From positions 3,580-67,579 of IMG/VR virus record IMGVR_UViG_3300020050_006875: a DNA stretch of 64,000 bases; one strand, given 5' to 3'. How positions within the stretch are numbered: the first letter of the stretch is position 1; every line of letters begins with the position of its first letter. The notes beneath the pieces were generated by a model that had not been told where the DNA came from, ran no database searches, and saw only the letters and a program-made list of their open reading frames with translations. The position numbers and the translations under genes were made by a program. This DNA is from a virus (lineage: Duplodnaviria; Caudoviricetes). Positions 7,860-17,400 of this stretch are shown in pieces.

Positions 7860-8340
7860 GCCCATATTCTTAAAGATTAAACATAGCAAAGCTCTATTCC
7901 TGCTGTATTAAAACTAACACAAAAGGAATTGAGCATCTCCTGAAATGCTCCCAGTAAAACCACCACTTCCGTCCTGGACCCATCATTATGTATTCAGCCT
8001 TACGGCAGGGCTTTTTCGTTCACATCCTTACTAAACCTTTCGGCAGCAGTCGCCCGTTGTTAGCTTGAAACAGAGCGGGACTTTAAGCGCAAGGATGCGT
8101 GTGGATTTCCTGTTGAAGATTACTCTTCGTTGTGCCGGAATTAATTCGGCATCCCTTTTTGTCTTTGAAGAATAAGGGTGGGGATTCAGAACCCAAGAAC
8201 ACAAAAAAAAGATGCGTCCTAATTGCCAACAAGATTATTTCTAATCTCGCCTACCCCGGCAACAGGACACATCAAGTTGAGCGTAATAAAATGTCTTTCG
8301 TTGAAGAGTATTTACCGGGGTAGGGTAGCATTTTCTTCAG
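7860..8340 (-). ncRNA. candidate structured non-coding RNA (about 480 nt)
   Basis: No credible ORF; minus-strand promoter at 8344-8351 and terminator at 7824-7854; several stems including GAAA- and GTAA-capped hairpins. Confidence 0.45.
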
Positions 8341-8343
8341 AGG

Positions 8344-8351
8344 CAAAGTTA
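8344..8351 (-). promoter_or_regulatory. Bacteroidota -7 promoter element
   Basis: TAACTTTG on the minus strand, pointing into the ORF-free region. Confidence 0.6.
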
Positions 8352-8375
8352 CATTCTGAATGATAATTTCCAAAA

Positions 8376-8885
8376 CTATTTTGCCCATCTGTAAAAACCA
8401 TTGGCTACAGAGTATTCCCTCATCAAGCATCCTGCCATAGACCTGTGGCTTTCTCTATCCCCTCTGGCGTTCACATTCCCCTCGAATGATTGGAAGAACT
8501 TCTCTTCAGGATACACTTGATATACCATCCCGACATGACCTATCCTCCCAAGAGCCTTGTTGTACACCGTGAACAAATCTGTAGCACGAATGGGCATCAG
8601 AACGACAGCCTTCTCCTTCCTTGCCCACGACATAGCTGTACCATTCACTCCCTTGAAAACAGAGCCACACTTCTTGAAAATATATATCATCGTGTAGCTA
8701 CACCAAGCTTGACCAGGCGTTCCTCCTGCGTAGCGTATAATGGAATCAACACGAGGGCCACGATTGTTTATTGGCCCTTCACGTGTGCCAATTAATTTCT
8801 TAGCTTCTTGCTTAAGGCATTCTATTTGAGCGACACAAGAGCCGCTACAAGCAAATGCAAGCCATAGGAGAATAATGCGAGCCAT
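8376..8885 (-). CDS. CHAP-domain endolysin with N-terminal signal-like sequence
   Basis: GTREGPINNRGPRV...AWCSYTM (Cys)...IGHVGMV (His)...SFEGNVN; hydrophobic N-terminus. Confidence 0.85.
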   Translation of the reverse strand: MARIILLWLAFACSGSCVAQIECLKQEAKKLIGTREGPINNRGPRVDSIIRYAGGTPGQAWCSYTMIYIFKKCGSVFKGVNGTAMSWARKEKAVVLMPIRATDLFTVYNKALGRIGHVGMVYQVYPEEKFFQSFEGNVNARGDRESHRSMAGCLMREYSVANGFYRWAK

Positions 8886-9190
8886 AGCGTTTGGAAGTGG
8901 TTGTCCTTAACAATATTGTCACGGAGTTTTCCGCTCGCTCTGTCCCCGAATACAGCCTTGAATAAGGAGGGCGTGTTGATCCTAAAGCCAAGTGTTCCAA
9001 TCAACACCACGAGGTAATACCGGGAAGGAATGGATAACATATCAACATACCTTCCTATTGGATAAAGGGCAGCAGCTTCATCGTGAAGCCATATGCCAAT
9101 GTAATTGTAAATGATGATGAAGGCGAAAAAATAAATAGGGGCAAGAAGTCCCTCGTGCCATTCCACCAAAAAGTCTTTTAGTTTGCTCAT
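8822..9190 (-). CDS. multi-TM membrane protein (lysis cassette, holin-like)
   Basis: Three hydrophobic segments; adjacent to the endolysin. Confidence 0.55.
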   Translation of the reverse strand: MSKLKDFLVEWHEGLLAPIYFFAFIIIYNYIGIWLHDEAAALYPIGRYVDMLSIPSRYYLVVLIGTLGFRINTPSLFKAVFGDRASGKLRDNIVKDNHFQTLWLALFSYGLHLLVAALVSLK

Positions 9191-9315
9191 TTTCCTTGTC
9201 CTCTATATTTTTTAGGCTTACTAACCTTTGGGCCAAAGTTCTTCTGAGCCTTGCCTCTTCTCCTCACTCCGAAAGAAATCTTTGCGGCTGTTGTGGATTT
9301 ACTTGATTTAGTCAT
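9187..9315 (-). CDS. small basic protein ending KKYRGQGK (absent from the ORF track)
   Basis: Translated by hand: MTKSSKSTTAAKISFGVRRRGKAQKNFGPKVSKPKKYRGQGK (42 aa); fills the gap exactly, with an 8-nt overlap upstream and an ATGA overlap downstream. Confidence 0.75.
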   Translation of the reverse strand: MTKSSKSTTAAKISFGVRRRGKAQKNFGPKVSKPKKYRGQGK

Positions 9316-9895
9316 TTGTGATGATGCTTTTTAACTCTGTGACAGTGCCGTCAGGATTGGAGAGGAAAGCATTTGTCCTCAAAGGACGCTTCTCCCACAC
9401 CTTCCACCAATTCTTTCTCTTTCCTCTGCTCACGGCTATCCTTAATGTGTCTGCCAATTGAATCTCCCCCATAAGAGAATCTCCCTTTGTCACTAGCTTC
9501 CCAGAATACCTTCCCACAAAGTGATATATCTTTTCGGTGTGTTCCCGAATGATTGTGTCCTTGCCTTGAACAATAATAGGAACTGTGTATTGTGTTCCCA
9601 CTTGTGTGTAAGCCTTCACATCTTTTATCTTGACATCAAAGTCTTTGCGGATCTTCTGAATGTCTTCTCTTATCAAATCCTTTGCCGTGTTCTGTGATAG
9701 CACGACAGTGGACACTTGTGCATTCATCTGCCCAAGCCTGTTCCGGGATGTATCAAGAACGCTGTGTATGGCTAAGTCCAAGCCTTTCATATCTGACTTC
9801 AGCACCTGGTTCTCTTTGCGTATGGCATAATGAATGTATGCCAAATAAAGGAACACTATAAACGCACAGACAGAAAGGATGGCTCTGAAATTCAT
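9308..9895 (-). CDS. membrane-anchored coiled-coil protein (spanin-like)
   Basis: N-terminal TM helix, coiled coil, C-terminal KRKNWWKVW motif; lysis cassette position. Confidence 0.55.
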   Translation of the reverse strand: MNFRAILSVCAFIVFLYLAYIHYAIRKENQVLKSDMKGLDLAIHSVLDTSRNRLGQMNAQVSTVVLSQNTAKDLIREDIQKIRKDFDVKIKDVKAYTQVGTQYTVPIIVQGKDTIIREHTEKIYHFVGRYSGKLVTKGDSLMGEIQLADTLRIAVSRGKRKNWWKVWEKRPLRTNAFLSNPDGTVTELKSIITND

Positions 9896-10140
9896 TCTGC
9901 TCCTTCCTCTTTCTTATTGCCAAACCACTTTTCAAATACCGGCAACAATCTGGCTACACCATACACTACAGCCATAATGTTAAGAATTAATTGGAGAACG
10001 GGATTCCATCCCTCGGCTACATTTATAAGCCAATTGTGAAGAGGCTCGTAGAACGCTACATAAATTAGCACAGGGCTATCCTTCATAAGCTCAATACAAG
10101 AGAGCTTTATTTGGAGAAGTAATTCCACATTAACTTTCAT
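9892..10140 (-). CDS. putative holin-like membrane protein
   Basis: Start chosen at ATG 10140 (overlaps the upstream stop); amphipathic and TM segments, charged C-terminal tail. Confidence 0.45.
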   Translation of the reverse strand: MKVNVELLLQIKLSCIELMKDSPVLIYVAFYEPLHNWLINVAEGWNPVLQLILNIMAVVYGVARLLPVFEKWFGNKKEEGAE

Positions 10141-10348
10141 TCTCATTATGATTGTTTTTGAAATGTTCATTGGCATAATTAGCTAGCCAATAAATTAAGG
10201 AGAAAACAACAGCGAACCACACAATCACAAGAGCCTCCTTGCGCCCTATCATCTCTCCTGTTATGAAAGAATAAAGGGAGCATTCCAAAATGTTTAAACA
10301 AATAAACACTAAGGCTGTGTCGTGTATTTCGCTGTTGAATATCCTCAT
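10130..10348 (-). CDS. two-TM membrane protein
   Basis: Two hydrophobic segments in 72 aa. Confidence 0.55.
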   Translation of the reverse strand: MRIFNSEIHDTALVFICLNILECSLYSFITGEMIGRKEALVIVWFAVVFSLIYWLANYANEHFKNNHNENES

Positions 10349-10352
10349 TGTC

Positions 10353-10763
10353 TTAGTTGGTATAGAATGGGACTAACACTTCAGACATCACATCCCAAGG
10401 GTTGTTCTTTCCGAAATCTGCTCCCATTACATCACACAAAGCATCATAACTCAAAGCACTAAACTCAGGAAGATTCACTTCCTTGTTGAGCAATGCTTTG
10501 AATTCTTTGCGGAATGTCTTCTCGCCTTCTGCTGTCCATTGAAAGTTTCCTTTCTCATCACGGACAATCTTGTTGCCTTCCTTGTAGCAATGATCAAGGC
10601 GAAGGTCTTCTAAAGCCTCGTCATATTCTTCGTACAGAGAAGAGAACTTCTTTGTAAGACGAGATAGGTGTGCGATGGGCATAAGGTCAGCCGCATCAGG
10701 AGTTTTGGCTAACATCTCGCTGAATGAGCGCAGTGTTAGAAGTTGTTTGTTTGTAACGGACAT
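10353..10763 (-). CDS. acidic helical protein, possible tail-fibre assembly chaperone
   Basis: 136 aa downstream of the fibre gene; own promoter TATATTTG at 10784-10791; function inferred from position. Confidence 0.45.
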   Translation of the reverse strand: MSVTNKQLLTLRSFSEMLAKTPDAADLMPIAHLSRLTKKFSSLYEEYDEALEDLRLDHCYKEGNKIVRDEKGNFQWTAEGEKTFRKEFKALLNKEVNLPEFSALSYDALCDVMGADFGKNNPWDVMSEVLVPFYTN

Positions 10764-10771
10764 AAATATAT

Positions 10772-11002
10772 TTATTTGTTTCGCAAATATAATGAACGAA
10801 CAGATTCTATTCTATTCAAAATACTGTCTTGTGTATAAACAATATGCTTCTGCCCTATGGCCATTAGAAACATCCTCTCCTCTATTTTGTCAAAACGCTC
10901 TACAGATTGCTTTCTGAATGTGTAGGATTCAAATGTGAGCCACGACATAAAGCCGAGGAGAATGAATACTAAGAACAAATCGTCTCTTTCTATTCCTTTC
11001 AT
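10772..11002 (-). CDS. single-TM coiled-coil protein
   Basis: N-terminal hydrophobic helix then heptad-like segment. Confidence 0.5.
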   Translation of the reverse strand: MKGIERDDLFLVFILLGFMSWLTFESYTFRKQSVERFDKIEERMFLMAIGQKHIVYTQDSILNRIESVRSLYLRNK

Positions 11003-11229
11003 TTCCTTGTGTATTTAACAGCCTTTGATGCGACGCTCTTCTTGCCAACACATCCCCAGGCTTTGCGTGAAAGCGCATTGGCACAAGGAGGATGGGCGCA
11101 TTTCTTTATGCCCGATGATCTCGCACAATAATTGTCCCCCTTCGGAGTTCCTGGGGAAATGGAATAGCCCTTTGCCCCGAAGGAACGGGTTTTGCCATTA
11201 ATCGTTGTCGTGAACTTTTTTTCTGCCAT
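10999..11229 (-). CDS. small basic Cys-containing phage protein
   Basis: RSFGAKGYSISPGTPKGDNYCARSSGIKKC...ANALSRKAWGC; Lys/Arg-rich. Confidence 0.7.
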   Translation of the reverse strand: MAEKKFTTTINGKTRSFGAKGYSISPGTPKGDNYCARSSGIKKCAHPPCANALSRKAWGCVGKKSVASKAVKYTRK

Positions 11230-11650
11230 GATTTATAAAGGTGTTTGCCGTAGCGAGCCACGGCTTTGGAAACTTAAAAATGTAAGCGATGCTTTGGAAG
11301 CAATTCGTTGAGGCCATGCTGCTATAGCCCTGCGTTAAGTATGTCCAATAGCCAGCGTCATACTTGTTGCCAAGGAGGCTGTTAAACCTATGCTCGCTGT
11401 AGCCGTATATGTTTATAACGACAAACTTGCGCTCCCTGAATAGCTGCTCTTCCTGCCACTTCTCTAATGTCTTTGTAACACGGAAGCCGGACACATCACT
11501 CTCGCAGATGTATAGCCTGTTGTTAAAGCTGCGTACAAGTTGGCAATGGTTGTAAGGACTTTTTGTAGCCCATCTAATAGCCTTCCAATACAATCGCTGG
11601 AGCCATGTCCCCTTCTCATTCCTGACAAGTATGATGCTCCAGTCTTGCAT
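11198..11650 (-). CDS. permuted papain-like (YiiX/YebB-type NlpC/P60) enzyme
   Basis: His before Cys order: KSPYNHCQLV...LLGNKYD...NCFQSIAYI. Confidence 0.7.
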   Translation of the reverse strand: MQDWSIILVRNEKGTWLQRLYWKAIRWATKSPYNHCQLVRSFNNRLYICESDVSGFRVTKTLEKWQEEQLFRERKFVVINIYGYSEHRFNSLLGNKYDAGYWTYLTQGYSSMASTNCFQSIAYIFKFPKPWLATANTFINHGRKKVHDND

Positions 11651-11654
11651 GGCC

Positions 11655-12029
11655 TTAGTTAAATCTGCCTTCGGAATCTGCCCAGAGAATCTTTTGCTCC
11701 ACCATATCAGCTATAACGACAGGCACTGAGAGCATCTGCATATAATACTCGTACTCTGTCATCACCGCATCGGGAGAACCGCAAGGCACTATCACGCCAT
11801 TAGCATCCACGCAAGTGGTGTTGTCGGCAATGAGGTTAACAATCTTTGGAGGGATGATTGTGATGGGCGCATCTGTTGTCGGCTCAAAGTAGTCCACTTG
11901 GCAGATTAAATTAACATTCTCCCCCATGAATGGCAATGCCCCAATATTGAGCGCAGCCATTGTTGCTGTCCTTTTAAAGCCGTACACAGGCTCGTTGCTG
12001 ATTGGTACTATTATTAAATTGTTGCTCAT
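11655..12029 (-). CDS. tail-fibre-associated protein
   Basis: 124 aa directly after the fibre gene; ends WADSEGRFN. Confidence 0.55.
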   Translation of the reverse strand: MSNNLIIVPISNEPVYGFKRTATMAALNIGALPFMGENVNLICQVDYFEPTTDAPITIIPPKIVNLIADNTTCVDANGVIVPCGSPDAVMTEYEYYMQMLSVPVVIADMVEQKILWADSEGRFN

Positions 12030-12033
12030 AATT

Positions 12034-15000
12034 TTATGCTAAAATTCCTGTGTTTACAAGTGCTGCTGCTATTTGCGCCAATGTATATCCACCATAAGTA
12101 TCTGTAGTCGTTACTGTTGTTCCTGCTCCTCCCACTCTTGTAGCACCAGTTATAGACGTGGTTGGTTGAACAATTGGTGTCTTGTTCCAAAAAGCAAGTT
12201 TTTGAGTTGTTGCTGTGGCAATTTTTGTCCCAGTTGTTGCATTAAATACAATATTGTATCCATCAGCAAAAGTCAAACCTACATTAGCTGCTCCTGAAAA
12301 CCATGCTACTCTTGTTGCTCCTGCATACATTGAGATAGTATATGATGTAGATGCCGTTGAAAGCCATACATCTCCAGTGTTATATCCTATTGCAAAGTCC
12401 GTTTCACTTCCTGATGTGAAAAATGGTCTTAAAACAATTTTAGTGCCTTCGCTTCTTGATGTTGTTATGGTAGGTGCAGCAGCACCAATTGTGCCAAAAT
12501 TCATCCATGCTCCTCTTGTACCACTTGGAGCAGATACTAATAAATTTGAGACAGTGGCACTTGGAATTGCATCTAATGTTAATCCATTTCCATTAAATCT
12601 GCCATATCTAATTGTAGTTCCACCACTTCCACTTGCTGCATAAAATGAAATATTATAAGTTGTATCTAATGTAGAAAACCATAGTTCTCCAGCATTATAA
12701 CCCATTGCAGTATCAAGTAAATTAGCAGCAACCCATTTTCCAAAAACTATTCTTGAACCTGTACTTCTTGTGACAGTAGATGGTGCAGCCCCTCCTGCCC
12801 CAATTGCAAAATCAATCCAATTTGAGTTACCTGAAGATGGTGTTAAATTTATTTGGGCAACTGTATTACTTCCAGTGGCATTCATTGTAACAGTGTTACT
12901 AAATGTCGAAGTGCCACTAAATGTCGTAGCCACCGCAGACGATGTAGTGAATGTTCCGGCGGTATTTAATGCTATCCCAGCCTGAAATGTTTGCGCCGCA
13001 GTGAATGTTTGGGCAAGACCGAGACAAGCCAAGGTTGAAGTGGCAACAGGAAGCGTTAACACGCTTGAGCCAGCAGCAGCCCCTGAATTAAGAACCGTTG
13101 TTCCACTTGTAGTTCCTGCAAGAATCAACTTACCAACATTGCCCGCTGACCCAAATGTTTTTGCTCCTGTTACTGTTTGAACACCAGCAAGTGTCATATC
13201 TCCAGACCCTGCTGCTGTCCAAGATAAATTTCCATTTATATCGCTACTCAATATCTGGCCTGCCGTTGGGGCTATTTGAGGCCATGTATAAATAAGATTT
13301 GCTGATTGAGATGTGGAAGATTGGAATGTTGTTGTGGCTGATGTCGTTGCATTACGGAAAATCAATTGTCCCGTTGTCCCTGTTGGCCCCGACACACCAA
13401 GAGCAAGCGAAGTGTTGAACACTGCCGCCCCTGCTGCGGATAGGGATGCCGCAACGCTTTCCTTAATTATCTTTCCCGTTGTTCCATCAAACACAGCAAA
13501 ATCACCATCCGCAGCTCCTGCTGGCCCTACAACATCACCACTTCCTATTCCTGTTATCCATGACATCACCCCATTGCCATCCGTAGAAAGCAATTGGCCG
13601 CTCGTTCCATCTGTTGCAGGAAGAATATATGTTTCACTTGACGAGGCAGAGGGAGAAGCCTGAAGCCTTGTTGTGAACGCTCCTCCGCTGCTATACAATA
13701 ATAGCCCTCCTGACTTAGTGGAGCTCTGTCCTAATGCAAGTTCTACAAGTGTGGAAGAGGATGTAAGCCTTGCCCATTCGCTGACAGTAGTGCCTCCCGA
13801 CACTACACCACGAAATGCGAGATATGTCCCAGTGGCTGTGTTTGTCCAGTTCTCAGAAGCATAAATATAATAGCCTCCTACAGTGTCGCTCCATGTGCTT
13901 GCTTTATATCCCCTTCCGCTTAAAGATGTAATAGAATCGTCAGTTTGGAGTGCCGAAGGATTGTTGGGGTTATTGCCCCTTGCTCTTGCTCCTATATACT
14001 TAGCTTGCGAGGATGCCGTATTATCATAGTGCATATTCATTATGCCCTTGATGTCCTGCGAACCCGTTGTGCTTACATGAAGGCCACACTCAGGAGTTGT
14101 AGTTCCAACCCCAAGATACTTATTTGAGTTATCCCAAAAAAAGTCTGCGCTTCCTGTAATGCTACTTCCGCTATCCCAATATGCAACACGCCCTGCGTTC
14201 CCGGCTCCTGTTACATTACCTACAGGACTCCATTGAACATTGTCTGATGTCCCGTTTACAACAAGGGCATATCCCGCATTTCCTGTAAAGGAAGGAAGAA
14301 TAGTGTTTGAACTTATTGTAACGCTTGCCGAGCCATTGAACGTAATACCAGAAGAATTCCCCGCTCCGCTATTGTTAATTGTTAAGCTGTTTGTTGTAGT
14401 GCCGCCACCGCCACCTCCTCCAACTGCCCATGTAAATGTGCTGCCATCCCATTTCAGGAATGTATCAGCCACAGAAGGGGCAACAATCTGACCAACAGCA
14501 TCCGTTCCGCTTCCGTAAAGAATACCTCCACTAACAATTGTGTCAAGATAGGTGGCTTGTGTCCATCCGGGATTGCTTGTTGTTCCATTACTAATCAGGA
14601 GTTTGTTTGAAACAACGGGCGTAATAGAAACAATTGAGTTCCCTGCCCCTCCTACAAGAACGGAATATTGTGTTGTCGTTCCTGAAATGTATGTGTTCGT
14701 GTCAAGGCTGAACGTGCCAGCTCCCGTCATCTTCACGAAGGGCGTTCCGCTTGCATATGTAAGAGCAGAAAGTCCTGTGAGATTAGTGTTTGCTTGCTGC
14801 GCTCCAAGTGTGTTGTAGCTTATTGTACGGGCAGCAGAGCCATTGAATGTTGTTCCCGATGCGTCTCCGCTTCCGCTATTGTTGAATGTAGCAGCATTTG
14901 TTGTTGTTCCACTTCCAGCAGGAGATGACCACGAAAGAACGCCTCCCGTTGTAGCTGTTAAATATTGACCAGAGCCAGAAGGAACAGCCGCTGGAAGTTC

Positions 15001-17388
15001 ATACACTTGCGCTCCTGCAATAGCGGGAGGTGTAAAGGAAACGAATCCACTTGTAGCCCCATTCAATCTTAATGAAGGCATCTGCTGCTGAACAGTGAAG
15101 ATGTTCCCATTGCCGAGATTCAGGCCAAGGGTTGTAGAAGCAAGCGTGAGTGAAGAGTTTACACTAATGGCTTCTATTACTCCTGCCGAAGCCGTAGTGC
15201 GACCAAGAAGACTTCCAGATGCCATTGTCAATCCTGACCCCGCTCCTGATGTCTGCGTTATTTGTCCTGGAGAAATGAAATCTGTCCCTGCTGTAGCAGC
15301 AGCAATTGCTGTTCCTGTTCCTTTAAGAACGCCATTGAGGCTATTCAATTCAATAGTGAGGGCAGGAGTTGCTCCACCACTACTTGTTCCCGCAAAGCCA
15401 TTAGCCGTATTAATACTTACAGCCGTGACAGTTCCTGTCCCTGTAATTGGCTGCCAGCTTAAATCTCCACGAAGGAAGTAAGTGGTGTTGCCATTGCTTC
15501 CCGGTACAAGACCTTTCGTTCCTGTGGAAGTGCTGAACAGGTCAAGCATTGCCGTCACCTGCGTTCCTGTAAGGGCAAGAGGCGTGGCTGAACTTCCTGT
15601 GTTGTTGCCTATAATTCTATTGGCAGGGAGGTTAGCCATCTTGGCAAGGGACACAGCAGCGTTAGCAATTGTAATTGCTCCTGTAGCATTTATGGTGGCA
15701 TCCCCAGACATTGTCACCCAATTCAGGCCGAGGTCTGTATATGCTCCCGTTGCTGAATTATTAACAAGAAGAATATCCCCATCAACATTACTTGAAGGGA
15801 CTCTCTGTTGGGTTGTAAGATCATGCCCTAGGAGGTCTCCTTTGGTTGACACAACAGGAGCAACAGGAGAAGCAAGAGAAAGAACGCCTGTCCCTGAATT
15901 AAGAACAAAGTCTGTGCCTAATAATGTAATTTGCTGAACCTCTCCATCAACAGCATCGTAACGACCAAGAAGTGTCTGTGTCGTTACATCTTGAATCATG
16001 TCGTATTGAACCTTTGCAAGTCCAATAGCCGTAACCCCCGTGTTGCTCACCGTGACATCTCCAGACAACACCCTTTGGACAGCAGCATTGGAAGTGTTTC
16101 CTATCCATATACTTCCGTCTGAAAGGCTATCTGTAAGGAAGCCATCAAGGGTACTTGACAAGCTCGTCACTTGACTAATGGCTATGTTTGGAATATCAGC
16201 AGCGACAAGAGAACGGAAGGTAGGAGTTGCGTTCGCTCCAGAAATAGGTCCAGCCCACACATAATTAGCTATCTGTTGAGAAAGCCCGTAATTCAAATTG
16301 ACAGCAGAGGCCGTGCCTATGTTTGTTGCAGCCGTAAATATTCCGGGTTGCGTAAGCGTCACCGTATTCACCTGACCACCAGCAGCAGCAGCCACTGAGG
16401 AGATGCTTGTTATGCGTCCCTTAGCATCTACAACAATCTGAGGAATGAAAGAACTACTTCCGTATGTTCCCGCTGTTGCTCCGCTATTTGGAAGGTCTGT
16501 AACGGCAAATGCCCGGAATGTAGGCACTCCAGCAGCACTCGTAGGAGAGGCAAGGAATGTGCTTGCGCTCTGTGAATTCAGAGACACATCAAGCGTTGAC
16601 GCTCCTGTCTGGGGCGTTGTTGTTGTCGTGAATACACCGCCTGAATTTGTTGTAAGACGAACAGAGGCTACACCAGAAGGACTAACAATTAAACTTGAAA
16701 TGTTATTGTTCAGCTTTTGCATCGCTGACAATATTGTATCACTACTTGTAATTGGTGTAGGCAATGCCACTCCCGTAAATCCTGTTAGCAATTTGCTGAT
16801 GACAGCAGCGTTGCTCAGAGCCGGGTTGGGATATGTTCCACTCAATTCTCCTCCTGCTGCTATGCCACTGATAGTGGTGAGGTATGTGCTATTGTCATAG
16901 CTGATTGTCGTCCCAGATATTTTAACGAAGCCTGTCCCGCTCAGGGTATTCTGCTTGCCAGCAAATGCGTTTACAAGATTCGCATTGTCCGTATATACAC
17001 CGCTAAGATTGGTGAACGAAATGTCCCCCAACGTAGCAGCATTGGCTATGAGATTTCTTTCCGCTGTGGTGATGTGCTGATAGTCACCAGGCGCACCACC
17101 TTGTATTCCCGTTAGATCATTATGTATGCCCACATACGTTTGCGTGTCCGCATACGTTGTTGTCAGAGGGAAATAAGGAGGAAGAGGAACGTCCAGAAGG
17201 CTTCCCAAATTAATGAGAGCCGTCAGGGCATTGAGACGAATGGCTTCCGAAAGCGTAGTGTCGTTGGCAGTTGTTTTTAAACTGCTCATCATATTAGCTT
17301 TCCCTGTGTCACCATTGGCAACCACTTGAGAAATCACCAAGGCAGCCTTGGCGTTATATACGGAAAGGTCGTCAAGAAAATTAGCCAT
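12034..17388 (-). CDS. long tail fibre / receptor-binding protein
   Basis: 1784 aa, G/T/S/A-rich, internally repeated modules, virion module position. Confidence 0.85.
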   Translation of the reverse strand: MANFLDDLSVYNAKAALVISQVVANGDTGKANMMSSLKTTANDTTLSEAIRLNALTALINLGSLLDVPLPPYFPLTTTYADTQTYVGIHNDLTGIQGGAPGDYQHITTAERNLIANAATLGDISFTNLSGVYTDNANLVNAFAGKQNTLSGTGFVKISGTTISYDNSTYLTTISGIAAGGELSGTYPNPALSNAAVISKLLTGFTGVALPTPITSSDTILSAMQKLNNNISSLIVSPSGVASVRLTTNSGGVFTTTTTPQTGASTLDVSLNSQSASTFLASPTSAAGVPTFRAFAVTDLPNSGATAGTYGSSSFIPQIVVDAKGRITSISSVAAAAGGQVNTVTLTQPGIFTAATNIGTASAVNLNYGLSQQIANYVWAGPISGANATPTFRSLVAADIPNIAISQVTSLSSTLDGFLTDSLSDGSIWIGNTSNAAVQRVLSGDVTVSNTGVTAIGLAKVQYDMIQDVTTQTLLGRYDAVDGEVQQITLLGTDFVLNSGTGVLSLASPVAPVVSTKGDLLGHDLTTQQRVPSSNVDGDILLVNNSATGAYTDLGLNWVTMSGDATINATGAITIANAAVSLAKMANLPANRIIGNNTGSSATPLALTGTQVTAMLDLFSTSTGTKGLVPGSNGNTTYFLRGDLSWQPITGTGTVTAVSINTANGFAGTSSGGATPALTIELNSLNGVLKGTGTAIAAATAGTDFISPGQITQTSGAGSGLTMASGSLLGRTTASAGVIEAISVNSSLTLASTTLGLNLGNGNIFTVQQQMPSLRLNGATSGFVSFTPPAIAGAQVYELPAAVPSGSGQYLTATTGGVLSWSSPAGSGTTTNAATFNNSGSGDASGTTFNGSAARTISYNTLGAQQANTNLTGLSALTYASGTPFVKMTGAGTFSLDTNTYISGTTTQYSVLVGGAGNSIVSITPVVSNKLLISNGTTSNPGWTQATYLDTIVSGGILYGSGTDAVGQIVAPSVADTFLKWDGSTFTWAVGGGGGGGTTTNSLTINNSGAGNSSGITFNGSASVTISSNTILPSFTGNAGYALVVNGTSDNVQWSPVGNVTGAGNAGRVAYWDSGSSITGSADFFWDNSNKYLGVGTTTPECGLHVSTTGSQDIKGIMNMHYDNTASSQAKYIGARARGNNPNNPSALQTDDSITSLSGRGYKASTWSDTVGGYYIYASENWTNTATGTYLAFRGVVSGGTTVSEWARLTSSSTLVELALGQSSTKSGGLLLYSSGGAFTTRLQASPSASSSETYILPATDGTSGQLLSTDGNGVMSWITGIGSGDVVGPAGAADGDFAVFDGTTGKIIKESVAASLSAAGAAVFNTSLALGVSGPTGTTGQLIFRNATTSATTTFQSSTSQSANLIYTWPQIAPTAGQILSSDINGNLSWTAAGSGDMTLAGVQTVTGAKTFGSAGNVGKLILAGTTSGTTVLNSGAAAGSSVLTLPVATSTLACLGLAQTFTAAQTFQAGIALNTAGTFTTSSAVATTFSGTSTFSNTVTMNATGSNTVAQINLTPSSGNSNWIDFAIGAGGAAPSTVTRSTGSRIVFGKWVAANLLDTAMGYNAGELWFSTLDTTYNISFYAASGSGGTTIRYGRFNGNGLTLDAIPSATVSNLLVSAPSGTRGAWMNFGTIGAAAPTITTSRSEGTKIVLRPFFTSGSETDFAIGYNTGDVWLSTASTSYTISMYAGATRVAWFSGAANVGLTFADGYNIVFNATTGTKIATATTQKLAFWNKTPIVQPTTSITGATRVGGAGTTVTTTDTYGGYTLAQIAAALVNTGILA

Positions 17389-17400
17389 AATATTTTCTAT

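Noticed and set aside
8132-8323. 63-aa plus-strand ORF inside the non-coding gap
   Set aside because: GTG start, no plus-strand promoter, lies beyond a terminator and antisense to a promoter-bracketed structured region.
12034-12900. Diversity-generating retroelement acting on the fibre tip
   Set aside because: No reverse transcriptase and no template/variable repeat pair differing at adenines could be found by eye.
12073-16900. Many plus-strand ORFs of 60-150 aa opposite the tail fibre
   Set aside because: Antisense shadows of a G/T/S/A-rich gene; no starts with promoter or leader support and no recognisable motifs.
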